Below, piece by piece: positions 7,051 through 16,217 of a stretch of DNA of 32,000 nt; within the stretch, counting starts at the first letter, position 1, and each line of letters begins with the position of its first letter. The position numbers and the translations under genes were made by a program. The stretch comes from Delftia acidovorans NBRC 14950 (GTDB lineage: Bacteria; Pseudomonadota; Gammaproteobacteria; Burkholderiales; Burkholderiaceae_C). Under the pieces are notes generated by a model, which was not told where the DNA came from, ran no database searches, and saw only the letters and a program-made list of their open reading frames with translations. Location of the stretch: contig NZ_BCZP01000003.1 of the NCBI RefSeq assembly GCF_001598795.1, positions 90,001-122,000 on the forward strand, in the 5' to 3' direction.

Positions 7051-7160
7051 AGCCAGTCTATCTTTTCATTGGATTGTCATGATCAGGCGCTGAACAATCG
7101 CGCCAGTCAGCCCAAGGCCCGGATCACAGGGCTGCAAAAAGCCAATACAGGAGACAAGCG

Positions 7161-8156
7161 ATGAACACCCCACGCACACGCCATGCAAGCCGGCGCGAAT
7201 TCGTGCTCGCCACGCTCGGCGCCAGCGCACTGGCCGCCACCGGACCTCTTTTCGCCCAGAACTGGCCCGAACGCCCCATCACCTTCATCTGCCCCTGGCC
7301 AGCGGGCGGCACGGCCGACCAGTCCATGCGCGCGCTGTGCACGGTGGCCGGCAAGCTGCTGGGCCAGCCGATCGCGGTGGAGAACCGCGCGGGCGCATCG
7401 GGAATGATCGGCGCCAAGGCGCTGGCCTCGGCCAGGGCGGACGGCTACACCATCGGCCAGATTCCCATCTCGGTCACGCGCTTTTCGCAGCTGGGCAGCC
7501 TGCAGGCCGATCCGCGCAAGGACTACACCTACATCGCGCGCACCTCGGGCCAGACCTTCGGCATTGCCGTGCCCGCCAATTCGCCTTTCAAGACGCTCAA
7601 GGACTTCGTGGCCGCCGCCAAGGCCCGGCCTGGCCAGGTGACCTATGCCCATGCAGGCGTGGGCGGTGCCACGCATGTGGGCATGGAGGAATTTGCGGGC
7701 GTGGCCGGCATACAGCTCAACCATGTGCCCTACAAGGGCGGCGCCGAGGCACTGCAGGGCGTGCTGGGCGGCCATGTGGATGCGCTGGCCGACTCCAGCT
7801 CCTGGGCTCCCCATGTGGAGGCCGGCAAGCTGCGCCTGCTGGCCACCTGGGGCGAGCAGCGCACGGCGCGCTTCAAGGACGTGCCCACGCTGCGCGAATG
7901 CGGCTACGACGTGGTGGTCGATGCGCCCAACGGCATTGGCGCGCCGCGTGGCCTGGACCCGGCCGTGGCGGCCAGGCTGCGCGAGGCCTTCCGCGCCGCC
8001 GTGGCCAGCCCCGAGTTCAAGTCCGTGGCCGAGAAGCTGGATGCGCCGCTGCTCTACCTGGACGGCCCGGACTACGAGAAATACGTCAACACGGTCTATC
8101 AAAAAGAGACCGTCCTCATCGACAAGCTCAAGCTGCGCGAATTGATGAAGGGCTGA
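7161..8156 (+). CDS. Bug-family (TctC-like) periplasmic tripartite tricarboxylate transporter substrate-binding protein
   Basis: AGGAGA RBS at 7149-7154. Twin-arginine-like signal SRREFVLATLGASALAATGPLFA. Family-typical WPERPITFICPWPAGGTADQ and NHVPYKGGAEA segments. Confidence 0.9.
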   Translation: MNTPRTRHASRREFVLATLGASALAATGPLFAQNWPERPITFICPWPAGGTADQSMRALCTVAGKLLGQPIAVENRAGASGMIGAKALASARADGYTIGQIPISVTRFSQLGSLQADPRKDYTYIARTSGQTFGIAVPANSPFKTLKDFVAAAKARPGQVTYAHAGVGGATHVGMEEFAGVAGIQLNHVPYKGGAEALQGVLGGHVDALADSSSWAPHVEAGKLRLLATWGEQRTARFKDVPTLRECGYDVVVDAPNGIGAPRGLDPAVAARLREAFRAAVASPEFKSVAEKLDAPLLYLDGPDYEKYVNTVYQKETVLIDKLKLRELMKG

Positions 8157-8189
8157 CAGCCCGCGAACCCACATCGATGAAAGCCCCTC

Positions 8190-9728
8190 ATGCCCCGCAT
8201 GTCCCGCACCGATAGCCCCCTGCTGCACCTGCATCCCAACGACAACGTGCTGGTCGCCAAGACCGCTCTGTCGCTGGGCCAGGAGATTCCCGAACTGGGC
8301 GTGCGCGCCCGCGCCCAGGTGCCCGCGGGCCACAAGATCGCCGCGCGCCGCATCGCAGAGGGCGAGCAGGTGAAGAAGTACGACACCGTGATCGGCGTGG
8401 CCATGCGCGAACTGGAGGCCGGCGACTATGTGCACAGCCACAACCTGCGCATCGTGGACTACTACCGCGACCCGGCCTTCGGCGCCGATGTGCGGCCCGT
8501 GGACTATGTGCCCGAGGCGCAGCGCGCCAGCTTCCAGGGCTTTGTGCGCGCGGGCGGCGGCGTGGGCACGCGCAACTTCATCGGCATCCTGTCGTCGGTG
8601 AACTGCTCGGCCACGGTGATCAAGCGCATTGCCGCGCATTTCACGGCCGAGCGCATGGCGGCATTCCCCAACGTGGACGGCGTGGTGGCGTTTGCCCAGA
8701 CCAGCGGCTGCGGCATGTCCTCGCCCAGCGAGCATTTCGACGTGCTGCGCCGCACGCTGGCCGGCTATGCGCGCCACCCCAACCTGGCCGGCGTGCTCAT
8801 CGTGGGCCTGGGCTGCGAGCGCAACCAGGTCGATGCCCTGGTGGAGTCGCAGGGCCTGAGCGAAGGCCGGCTCATGCGCACCCTGGTGATGCAGGAAGTG
8901 GGCGGCACGCGCGTGACCATAGAGGCAGGCATCCGCGCCATCGAAGAGATGCTCCCTGAGGCCGACGCCGCGCGGCGCAGCACGGTCAGCGCCAGCCACC
9001 TGAAGATCGGGCTGGAGTGCGGCGGCTCGGACGGCTTTTCGGGCATCACGGCCAACCCGGCCCTGGGCGCGGCCATGGACATCCTGGTGCGCCACGGCGG
9101 CACGGCCATCCTGTCGGAAACGCCCGAGATCCATGGCGTGGAATTCATGCTCACGCGCCGCGCCATCACGCCTGCCGTGGGGCAGAAGCTGCTGGACCGC
9201 CTGGCCTGGTGGGAGCGCTACGCGGCTGGCCAGAACGCGCAGTTCAACGGCGTGGTCGGCCACGGCAACCAGGCCGGCGGCCTGGCCAACATCTTCGAGA
9301 AATCGCTGGGCTCGGCCATGAAGGGCGGCACCACGCCGCTGCGCGCCGTCTACGAATACGCCGAGCCCATCACCGAGCCGGGCTTCGTCTTCATGGACTC
9401 GCCGGGCTACGACCCCGTGGCCTCCACGGGCCAGATTGCCAGCGGCGCGCACCTGATCTGCTTCACCACGGGGCGCGGCTCCATGTTCGGCAGCAAGCCC
9501 GCGCCCACCATCAAGCTGGCCAGCAACACGCCCATGTACCGGCGCCTGGAGGAAGACATGGACATCAACTGCGGCCTGATCGTGGACGGCGAATGCGGCG
9601 TGCCCGAGATGGGGCAGCGCATCTTCGCGCAGATCCTGCGCCACGCCAGCGGCGAGCCCACCAAGAGCGAGGCCCTGGGCCTGGGCGACCATGAGTTCGT
9701 GCCCTGGCACCTGGGCATCGTGAGCTGA
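8190..9728 (+). CDS. UxaA-family sugar-acid dehydratase (altronate / galactarate dehydratase GarD-like)
   Basis: 512 aa. N-terminal SAF-like domain (LHLHPNDNVLVAKTAL...AGHKIAARRIAEGEQVKKYDTVIGVAMRELEAGDYVHSHNL) followed by the large UxaA C-terminal domain. The start could also be the ATG at 8199. Confidence 0.85.
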   Translation: MPRMSRTDSPLLHLHPNDNVLVAKTALSLGQEIPELGVRARAQVPAGHKIAARRIAEGEQVKKYDTVIGVAMRELEAGDYVHSHNLRIVDYYRDPAFGADVRPVDYVPEAQRASFQGFVRAGGGVGTRNFIGILSSVNCSATVIKRIAAHFTAERMAAFPNVDGVVAFAQTSGCGMSSPSEHFDVLRRTLAGYARHPNLAGVLIVGLGCERNQVDALVESQGLSEGRLMRTLVMQEVGGTRVTIEAGIRAIEEMLPEADAARRSTVSASHLKIGLECGGSDGFSGITANPALGAAMDILVRHGGTAILSETPEIHGVEFMLTRRAITPAVGQKLLDRLAWWERYAAGQNAQFNGVVGHGNQAGGLANIFEKSLGSAMKGGTTPLRAVYEYAEPITEPGFVFMDSPGYDPVASTGQIASGAHLICFTTGRGSMFGSKPAPTIKLASNTPMYRRLEEDMDINCGLIVDGECGVPEMGQRIFAQILRHASGEPTKSEALGLGDHEFVPWHLGIVS

Positions 9729-9763
9729 GCGGCCCCCTTACAACACCTGCATCCACCGATTCC

Positions 9764-11263
9764 ATGCCACTGACCCTGACCCGCCCCGAGCTGCTACGCA
9801 GCGCCAACTTCATCGCCGGCCAATGGACGACTGCGACTGCGACTGCGACTGCCACGCCCTCCGCCCCAACCCCACGCCTGGCCGTGACCGACCCCGCCAC
9901 GGGCGCATTGATCACCGAGGTGCCCGACTCCGGCGCCGCCGATGCCCGCGCCGCGCTGGACGCCGCGCATGCCGCCTTCCCCGCCTGGCGCAAGACGCCT
10001 GCCAAACAGCGCGCCGCCATCATCAAGCGCTGGAACGACCTGGTGCTGGCCCACCAGGACGACCTGGGCCGCCTCATCAGCCGCGAGCAGGGCAAGCCCC
10101 TGGCCGAGGGCAAGGGCGAGGTCGCCTATGCGGCCAGCTACATCGAATGGTTTGCCGAAGAGGCCACGCGCATGAACGGCGAGATCATTCCCGCACCCGT
10201 GCCGGGCCGGCGCATGTTTGCGCTGCGCGAGCCCGTGGGCGTGGTGGCCGCCATCACGCCCTGGAACTTTCCGGCCGCCATGATCGCCCGCAAGATCGCG
10301 CCCGCACTGGCTGCCGGCTGCACCGTGGTCTGCAAGCCCGCGGAAGACACGCCGCTGACCTCGCTGGCCCTGGTGCTGCTGGCCCAGGAGGCGGGCGTGC
10401 CGGCCGGCGTACTCAACATCGTCACGGCCTCGCGCGAGAAGACGCCCGAGGTGGTGGATGTCTGGCTGGACGATGCGCGCGTGCGCAAGATCACCTTCAC
10501 GGGCTCCACGCCCGTGGGCAAGCACCTGGCGCGGCGCAGCGCCGACACGCTCAAGAAGCTCTCGCTGGAGCTGGGCGGCAATGCGCCCTTCATCGTCTTC
10601 GGGGATGCCGACATCGATGCCGCCGTCGACGGCTTCATGGCCGCCAAGTTTCGCAATGGCGGCCAGACCTGCGTGTGCCCCAACCGCGTCTTCGTGCACC
10701 GCAGCGTGCACGACGTGTTTGCACAGAAGCTGGCCGCGCGCGTGGCCGCGCTGCACGTGGGCCCGGCCAGCGACCCGGCCTCGCAGATCGGCCCCATGAT
10801 CAACGCGCGCGCCGTGGAAAAGATCGAGCGCCATGTGCAGGACGCCGTGGCGCGCGGCGCCAGGGTGCTCACGGGCGGCAGGCGCCTGGATGCCCTGGGC
10901 GCCAACTACTACGCACCCACCGTGCTCACGGGCGCCGATGCCTCCATGGCCTGCGCCTGCGAGGAAACCTTCGGCCCCGTGGCGCCGCTCACCGTCTTCG
11001 ACAGCGAGGACGAGGTCATCGCCGCCGCCAACGACACGCCCTTCGGCCTGGCCGCCTACTTCTACAGCAACGACGCACGCCGCATCTGGCGCATGGCCGA
11101 TGCGTTGGAGACCGGCATCGTCGGCATCAACGAAGGCGCATTGGCCGCCGAGGCAGCGCCCTTCGGCGGCGTCAAGGAATCGGGCTATGGCCGCGAGGGC
11201 TCTACCCACGGCCTGGACGACTACCTGCACACCAAGTACGTCTGCCAGGGCCTGCTGGACTGA
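9764..11263 (+). CDS. NAD(P)+-dependent aldehyde dehydrogenase (GabD / semialdehyde dehydrogenase-like)
   Basis: 499 aa. ALDH glutamate motif LELGGNAP and catalytic cysteine motif FRNGGQTCVCPNR. The context suggests a 2,5-dioxovalerate or tartronate/succinate semialdehyde type of substrate. That substrate assignment is an inference. Confidence 0.9.
   Translation: MPLTLTRPELLRSANFIAGQWTTATATATATPSAPTPRLAVTDPATGALITEVPDSGAADARAALDAAHAAFPAWRKTPAKQRAAIIKRWNDLVLAHQDDLGRLISREQGKPLAEGKGEVAYAASYIEWFAEEATRMNGEIIPAPVPGRRMFALREPVGVVAAITPWNFPAAMIARKIAPALAAGCTVVCKPAEDTPLTSLALVLLAQEAGVPAGVLNIVTASREKTPEVVDVWLDDARVRKITFTGSTPVGKHLARRSADTLKKLSLELGGNAPFIVFGDADIDAAVDGFMAAKFRNGGQTCVCPNRVFVHRSVHDVFAQKLAARVAALHVGPASDPASQIGPMINARAVEKIERHVQDAVARGARVLTGGRRLDALGANYYAPTVLTGADASMACACEETFGPVAPLTVFDSEDEVIAAANDTPFGLAAYFYSNDARRIWRMADALETGIVGINEGALAAEAAPFGGVKESGYGREGSTHGLDDYLHTKYVCQGLLD
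9829..9852 (+). repeat. Perfect hexanucleotide tandem repeat (GACTGC)x4 inside the ALDH gene
   Basis: gactgcgactgcgactgcgactgc, read directly from the sequence. It encodes the TATATATAT stretch near the N-terminus. Confidence 0.95.
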
Positions 11264-11293
11264 ATCTTTCCCTCAACGACATCACCGGACACC

Positions 11294-12100
11294 ATGCCAG
11301 CCCATAACCCCTTCAAGACCGCCCTGGCCGCAGGCCAGCCCCGCATCGGCCTGTGGCTGTCCATGGCCGACCCCTACTTGGCCGAGGCTGCCGCCACCTG
11401 CGGCTACGACTGGCTGCTGATCGACGGCGAGCACGCCCCCAACGACGTGCGCAGCACCCTGGCCGCGCTGCAGGCCGTGGCCCCGCACCCGGCCCAGGCC
11501 GTGGTGCGCGTGGTCGAAGGCAGCACGGCCCTGATCAAGCAGATCCTGGACATAGGCGCCACCACCTTGCTCGTGCCCATGGTGGACACGGCCGAACAGG
11601 CGCGCGCCGTGGTGGCCGCCACGCGCTACCCGCCGCTGGGCGTGCGCGGCGTGGGCAGCGCCGTGGGCCGCGCATCGCAGTGGAGCGCACGCGCCGACTA
11701 CCTGCAAGTGGCCGACGACGAGGTCTGCCTGCTGGTACAGGCCGAGACCGTGGCCGCGCTTCACAACCTTGAAGCCATCTGCGCGGTGGACGGCGTGCAC
11801 GGCGTCTTCATCGGTCCCGCCGACCTGGCCGCCTCCATGGGCCACCGCGGCAACCCGGGCCACCCCGAAGTGCAGGCCGCCATCGAGGGCGCCATGAGGA
11901 CCATCATCGCCAGCGGCAAGGCGGCCGGCACCCTGACTTCGGACCCCGCCCTGGCCCGCCGCTACCTGGACCTGGGCTGCAGCTTCGTGGCCGTGGGCGT
12001 GGATGTGCTGCTGTTTGCGAATGCGGCGCGAAGGCTGCGGGGGCAGTTCGATGATTCGCCGGTGGCCGCGCCTGCACAGCAGGCAGCTGCCGCCTATTGA
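11294..12100 (+). CDS. HpcH/HpaI-family 2-keto-3-deoxy-acid aldolase (GarL / HpaI-like)
   Basis: 268 aa. [33 protein letters not shown] and [30 protein letters not shown] are typical of class II pyruvate-specific aldolases. Confidence 0.85.
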   Translation: MPAHNPFKTALAAGQPRIGLWLSMADPYLAEAAATCGYDWLLIDGEHAPNDVRSTLAALQAVAPHPAQAVVRVVEGSTALIKQILDIGATTLLVPMVDTAEQARAVVAATRYPPLGVRGVGSAVGRASQWSARADYLQVADDEVCLLVQAETVAALHNLEAICAVDGVHGVFIGPADLAASMGHRGNPGHPEVQAAIEGAMRTIIASGKAAGTLTSDPALARRYLDLGCSFVAVGVDVLLFANAARRLRGQFDDSPVAAPAQQAAAAY

Positions 12101-12101
12101 A

Positions 12102-12434
12102 TCAGCCAGCCACCAGCCAGGCCAGCAGCCCCGCCGCCGCTGCAGCGGCCGCCACACGCCGCACGAACTGCGGCGCATAGGTCAGCAGCAGGCCCAAGGC
12201 TAGGGCCGCAAAGGTCAGCAGGCCCAGCCAGGCGGCCAAGGCTACCGAGGCATTCCAGCGCAGCAGGCAGGGCGCCAGCGATAGGGCCAGCAGCGCGTAG
12301 CCGGCCAGCCGCCAGGCCTTCAGGCGCGCGGGTGCCAGGCCTTCGGTGCCCAGCTGGTCCTGGTGCCGGTCCATGGAAGCGGCGATGACGGCAAAGCCTG
12401 CAAAGGCCAGGCAAAGGGTGGCAAGAATCATCAT
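12102..12434 (-). CDS. DUF3325-like small membrane protein
   Basis: The start MMILATLCLAFAGFAVIAASMDRHQ overlaps the PepSY gene stop (TCATCAT at 12428-12434). It has three hydrophobic helices. The usual genomic partner of this family is a PepSY-TM protein. Confidence 0.65.
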   Translation of the reverse strand: MMILATLCLAFAGFAVIAASMDRHQDQLGTEGLAPARLKAWRLAGYALLALSLAPCLLRWNASVALAAWLGLLTFAALALGLLLTYAPQFVRRVAAAAAAAGLLAWLVAG

Positions 12435-14074
12435 GACGCGCGCTCCAGCGTGGGGGCATGGCTGGCGGCCCGGGCTTGCGTGCGGGGCACTGCAGCCGCT
12501 GCCGGCTTGCCGCGCAGCAGCCACCAGGCCACCACGCCGTGGATGGCGGCCAGGCCCAGCATCAGCAGCTCGAAGCTGGCGATGCTCCACTGCCCGTTGG
12601 CCAGGGTCTGCACCAGCGAAGCACCGCCCGTCAGCAGGTTGAGCAGGGGCAGCAGCGCATACAGCACGGCGGCCAGCGCCATCTGCTGCAGCCAGGCATT
12701 GCGGTGCGAGACCCGCAGCGGATGCAGCAGGCACAGCAGCCAGATGATGAAGAAGCCGTTGATCTCCCAATCACTGCGCGCCTGCATGGGCACGGGCAGC
12801 AGGCGGTTGAGCCAGAAGAAACCGGCCACGGCCACCGACAGGCCCGCGATGGAGCCCACGTTGAGCACCTCCACCAGCCTGTGGCCGAAGGGCGTGCGGC
12901 CTAGCTTGCGGCGCTCGGGCATGCGCTTGACCACCCACAGCACCATGCCCGACGCGGCCATGAAGGTGCCGACCACGCCGCTGAGCAGCAGCAGCCAGCG
13001 CATGGCCGGCTCGGCAAAGCGGCCCAGGTGCACGCCGGTGATCACGTTGCCGGTGGCACGCACCCAGGAGATGGCGGGCGCCTCGGGGCTGGCCTGCAAC
13101 TGGCCGGTCACGCCGTCGAAGCGCAGGGTCTCGGACTGGCCGCGGTTGATGAGGCTCATGCCACCGCCTTCGCGCAGTTCGACCACCGCGCGCGAGGTGC
13201 CGGGCGCGTTGACCGTGATGCTGCCCACGCCGTGCTCGGGCCAGCGGCGCGCGCCCTCGGCCATCATGGGCGCGATATCGGCCAGCGCGGCGGCCTGGCG
13301 CTCCTGTTTGCCACCGCGCGCGCCCGGGCCCTGGTTGGCCGCCTGCCCGCGTGCCCCGCGCACATCGGCGAAGTAGGCATTGGTGTCGCCGTTGTAGGCC
13401 GCCTGTATGCCCCAGGGCATGAGCATGAACATCAGCAGCACCAGGCCGCTGAAGGTGATGACGATGTGAAACGGCAATGCCAGCACGGCCGTGGCGTTGT
13501 GCGCATCCAGCCAGGAGCGCTGGCCCTTGCGCGGGCGGAAGGTGAAGAAGTCCGTGAAGATCTTCTTGTGCGTGATCACGCCCGTGATGATGGCCACGAA
13601 CATCAGCATGGTGGCGAAGCCCACGATCCAGCGGCCCCAGATGCGCGGCATGGCGTGCAGCTCGAAGTGGAAGCGGTAGAAGAAGTTGCCGGCGCGTGTC
13701 TCGCGCGGCTCCAGCTTCTCGCCCGTGGCGGCGTCGATCTCGGCGCGCTTGGTGCCTGCGCGGCCCGTGGCGGCGCCGGGCTCGCGCCAGGATGCGGCCA
13801 CCGCCACCTGGCGCGGGCCGGGCAGGCCCAGCGTCCAGGTCGTGGCCTCCGGCGCGATGCGCTGCATGGCGTTCAATGCGCGCTGCGCGGTGTCGGCGTC
13901 CTGCACCGAGCCGTGCAGCTCGGGCCGCATCCAGTCGTTGATCTCGTCGCGGAAATAGCTCAGGGTGCCCGTGAAGAACACCGCGTAGAGCAGCCAGCCC
14001 AGCAGCAGGCCGCTCCAGGTGTGCAGCCAGGACATGGACTGGCGCAGTCCCTCGGGTTTGCCGTCTGCCCTCAT
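12431..14074 (-). CDS. PepSY-associated TM-helix protein (PiuB-like iron-regulated membrane protein / putative ferric-siderophore reductase)
   Basis: The ATG at 14074 overlaps the upstream stop (ATGA). SWLHTWSGLLLGWLLYAVFFTGTLSYFRDEINDWMRPE is the family-typical N-terminus. There are several TM helices and His-rich helices (HKKIF, HNATAVLALPFH). Confidence 0.85.
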   Translation of the reverse strand: MRADGKPEGLRQSMSWLHTWSGLLLGWLLYAVFFTGTLSYFRDEINDWMRPELHGSVQDADTAQRALNAMQRIAPEATTWTLGLPGPRQVAVAASWREPGAATGRAGTKRAEIDAATGEKLEPRETRAGNFFYRFHFELHAMPRIWGRWIVGFATMLMFVAIITGVITHKKIFTDFFTFRPRKGQRSWLDAHNATAVLALPFHIVITFSGLVLLMFMLMPWGIQAAYNGDTNAYFADVRGARGQAANQGPGARGGKQERQAAALADIAPMMAEGARRWPEHGVGSITVNAPGTSRAVVELREGGGMSLINRGQSETLRFDGVTGQLQASPEAPAISWVRATGNVITGVHLGRFAEPAMRWLLLLSGVVGTFMAASGMVLWVVKRMPERRKLGRTPFGHRLVEVLNVGSIAGLSVAVAGFFWLNRLLPVPMQARSDWEINGFFIIWLLCLLHPLRVSHRNAWLQQMALAAVLYALLPLLNLLTGGASLVQTLANGQWSIASFELLMLGLAAIHGVVAWWLLRGKPAAAAVPRTQARAASHAPTLERAS

Positions 14075-14397
14075 GCGGCGGCTCCGTTCGACAGCATCCA
14101 GGCCAGAAGTCCCAGGCCCGCGCCCGGCAGGCCGATCACGGCCCAGGCGCGCCAGGCGCTGGCGCAGCCAAAGGCCCACATGGCCGCCACGGCGTAGATG
14201 ATGAAGGCCAGCAGCGTCGAGCCCAGCGCCGCATCGGCCCGTTCCACGCCCAGCCAGACCATGGCGCGCGCGCCCGTAGCGGCGCAGGCGGCCGACAGCA
14301 GATAGCCGCCGCCGATCGCCGCCAAGGCGCGCGAGGCCACGGCCACGCGGTAGCGCAGCAAGGATGGAGAGGACCCTCCCGGGGTCGAGGCTTGCAT
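14071..14397 (-). CDS. DUF3649-like small membrane protein
   Basis: 108 aa starting from the ATG at 14397 (MQASTPGG...). It has three hydrophobic segments. It is translationally coupled to the PepSY gene. Confidence 0.6.
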   Translation of the reverse strand: MQASTPGGSSPSLLRYRVAVASRALAAIGGGYLLSAACAATGARAMVWLGVERADAALGSTLLAFIIYAVAAMWAFGCASAWRAWAVIGLPGAGLGLLAWMLSNGAAA

Positions 14398-14545
14398 GGG
14401 GATGACCTTTCTTGCGGATCGTTGCCCGTCATGGACGCCGTGGCCGCAGCGCAGGCCCGGACGGACAAAGGCGCCACAACAGTTCAAGGTCTGTGCGGCG
14501 CCGGGCGTTGGCCGCGCGCCTGGAGCACGCCGCCTCTCAAAGAGC

Positions 14546-14569
14546 GGGAATGATAATTATTTTTATTAC
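14546..14569. promoter_or_regulatory. Fur-box-like site upstream of the DUF3649-PepSY-DUF3325 operon
   Basis: GGGAATGATAATTATTTTTATTAC. Positions 14546-14564 match the 19-bp Fur consensus GATAATGATAATCATTATC at 14/19, including a perfect AATGATAAT core. It is the only AT-rich patch in this intergenic region. Confidence 0.55.
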
Positions 14570-14593
14570 CCGAGTCATTTAAAGAAATGCAAA

Positions 14594-14615
14594 GCCGGCC
14601 TCCTGTCACCGGCCC
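14594..14615 (-). terminator. Weak terminator-like hairpin after the EamA gene
   Basis: The minus strand reads GCCGG-tgacaggag-CCGGC followed by TTTGCATTTCTTT. The stem is only 5 bp. Confidence 0.3.
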
Positions 14616-14641
14616 CGGCCATCTCCCTGGCGCCTGTTCCC

Positions 14642-15553
14642 CTATCGCGCCCGCCCCGCCAGCCAGCGCCCGCCGAACTGGTTGATCACCATGCCCGCCA
14701 GCACGGCCAGCGTGCCCATCCACTGCATCAAGGTAGGCCGCTCGCCCAGCAGCAGCATGGCCGAGACCAGGCCCACCACGGGCACCATCAGAGACAGCGG
14801 CGCCACCGTGCCGGCCGCATAGCGCTGCAGCAGGCGCGTCCACAGGCCGTAGCCCAGCAGCGTGGCCAGCAGCGCCAGGTACAGGATGGAGGCCACGGCG
14901 GTCAGGTCGATCCCCGCCAGTTGCTGCACGACCGTATCCGCGCCATCGGTCCAGACGGCCAGGGCCATCAGCGGCGCGATGGGAAAGATGCTGCTCCAGA
15001 CGATGAAGGGGAAGGGCTCGTAGGGGCCGCTGCGCGCCGCATAGCGCGTGATCATGTTGGACACGGCCCACATGCAGGCTGCGCCCACGGTCAGCAAAAA
15101 GCCGGCCAGCGTCATGGCGTTGTCGCCTTCGCCATGGGCGCTGCCAATGGCAACCAGCCCGCCCAGCGATACCACCAGGCCCAGCCAATGCCACAGGCGC
15201 GCGGGCTCGCCCAGCAGGAAGGCGGCCAGCAGCAGCGTGACGAAGGCCTGCGTCTGCAGCACCACCGAGGCCATGCCGGCCGGCATGCCCAGCTTCAGGC
15301 CCAGGAACAGCATGCCGAACTGGCCCACGCCCTGCACCAGCCCATAGGCGGCCAGATAGCGCCAGCCCACCGACTTGGGCGGGCGCACGAACAGCAAAAA
15401 GGGCAGCGACGCCACCACAAAGCGCAGCGCACTCAGCAGCATGGGCGACAGCGTCAGCAGACCGAACTTCATGGCCACGAAGTTGGTGCCCCAGATCAGG
15501 ATGACCAGCAGCGCACGCGCCCAGTCGCCACGGCTCAGGTGCTGCGCGGTCAT
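14642..15553 (-). CDS. EamA-family (DMT superfamily) transporter
   Basis: The track start at 15583 is a TTG codon. The ATG at 15553 has GAGGG 9 nt upstream. About 10 TM helices in two EamA repeats (LLVILIWGTNFVAMKF...; LALLATLLGYGLWTRLLQRY). Confidence 0.85.
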   Translation of the reverse strand: MTAQHLSRGDWARALLVILIWGTNFVAMKFGLLTLSPMLLSALRFVVASLPFLLFVRPPKSVGWRYLAAYGLVQGVGQFGMLFLGLKLGMPAGMASVVLQTQAFVTLLLAAFLLGEPARLWHWLGLVVSLGGLVAIGSAHGEGDNAMTLAGFLLTVGAACMWAVSNMITRYAARSGPYEPFPFIVWSSIFPIAPLMALAVWTDGADTVVQQLAGIDLTAVASILYLALLATLLGYGLWTRLLQRYAAGTVAPLSLMVPVVGLVSAMLLLGERPTLMQWMGTLAVLAGMVINQFGGRWLAGRAR

Positions 15554-15645
15554 GCCCTGCCCTCGGTGCGGCGGGGCCTGCAATGGTCAGGGACAGCGGC
15601 CGGCAGCACCGGCAAGGAACAGGAAGAAGGCATGGCGGGCAATGG

Positions 15646-15679
15646 GCAAAAAGAAAAGGGGCGGATCACATCCGCCCCC
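15646..15679 (-). terminator. Rho-independent terminator after the DUF1641 gene
   Basis: The minus strand has GGGGCGGAT-gtg-ATCCGCCCC (15658-15678) followed by TTTTCTTTTTG. Confidence 0.7.
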
Positions 15680-15737
15680 GGCGTTTGTACCACCGCAGCC
15701 CGTGCACTGCCGGGCGGCCGTGGCTCGGCCCTGCGTT

Positions 15738-16166
15738 TCAGTCCGCCGCGTAGTCGATGGGATCGTGGGCATGCTGGCGCCCCAGCGCGCCGGCCATGGC
15801 CAGGATGAAGGCCAGGCCGCGCCGCACATCGGGCTCGCGTGCCATGCGCATCAGGCCGATCAGGGTGGGCGTTTCCTCCATGGCCTGCACCTGGGCCGCC
15901 GCCATGCGTGCGGCATTGCCCGCGGCCCAGGCCCCGCCCACGCCATCCTCGAAGGCCTTGGCGACCTTCTCGACCATGTAGTCGTCTGCCATGTCCACCA
16001 GGTCCGCCGTGGCCGACAGCAGATCGACCACGCGGTTCAGGCGCCGGCCCGCCAGCAGCGGCTCCAGTTTGCCCATCAGTTCGGCCAGCCCCTGCAGCGC
16101 GGCGTCGTCCTGCAGCAGGCCGCCGGCGGCGGGCTGCGCCACGGGAATGTCGGAAGCGATGTTCAT
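15738..16166 (-). CDS. DUF1641-domain protein
   Basis: 142 aa, with AAGGAG 8 nt upstream. The helical protein has LNRVVDLLSATADLVDMADDYMVEKVAKAFE and GLMRMAREPDVRRGLAFIL segments, as in DUF1641 partners of SQR/NDH-2-like flavoproteins. Confidence 0.65.
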   Translation of the reverse strand: MNIASDIPVAQPAAGGLLQDDAALQGLAELMGKLEPLLAGRRLNRVVDLLSATADLVDMADDYMVEKVAKAFEDGVGGAWAAGNAARMAAAQVQAMEETPTLIGLMRMAREPDVRRGLAFILAMAGALGRQHAHDPIDYAAD

Positions 16167-16217
16167 CTCGGTGCTCCTTGTCTTCGTGCTTGGAATGACA
16201 ATGCAAAGGCCCTGGCC

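Noticed and set aside
7107-9710. 867-aa ORF on the minus strand spanning the Bug and UxaA genes
   Set aside because: It runs antisense to two genes with clear family signatures. The product is Ala/Gly/Arg/His-rich low-complexity sequence typical of open antisense frames in high-GC DNA, and it has no RBS or domain resemblance.
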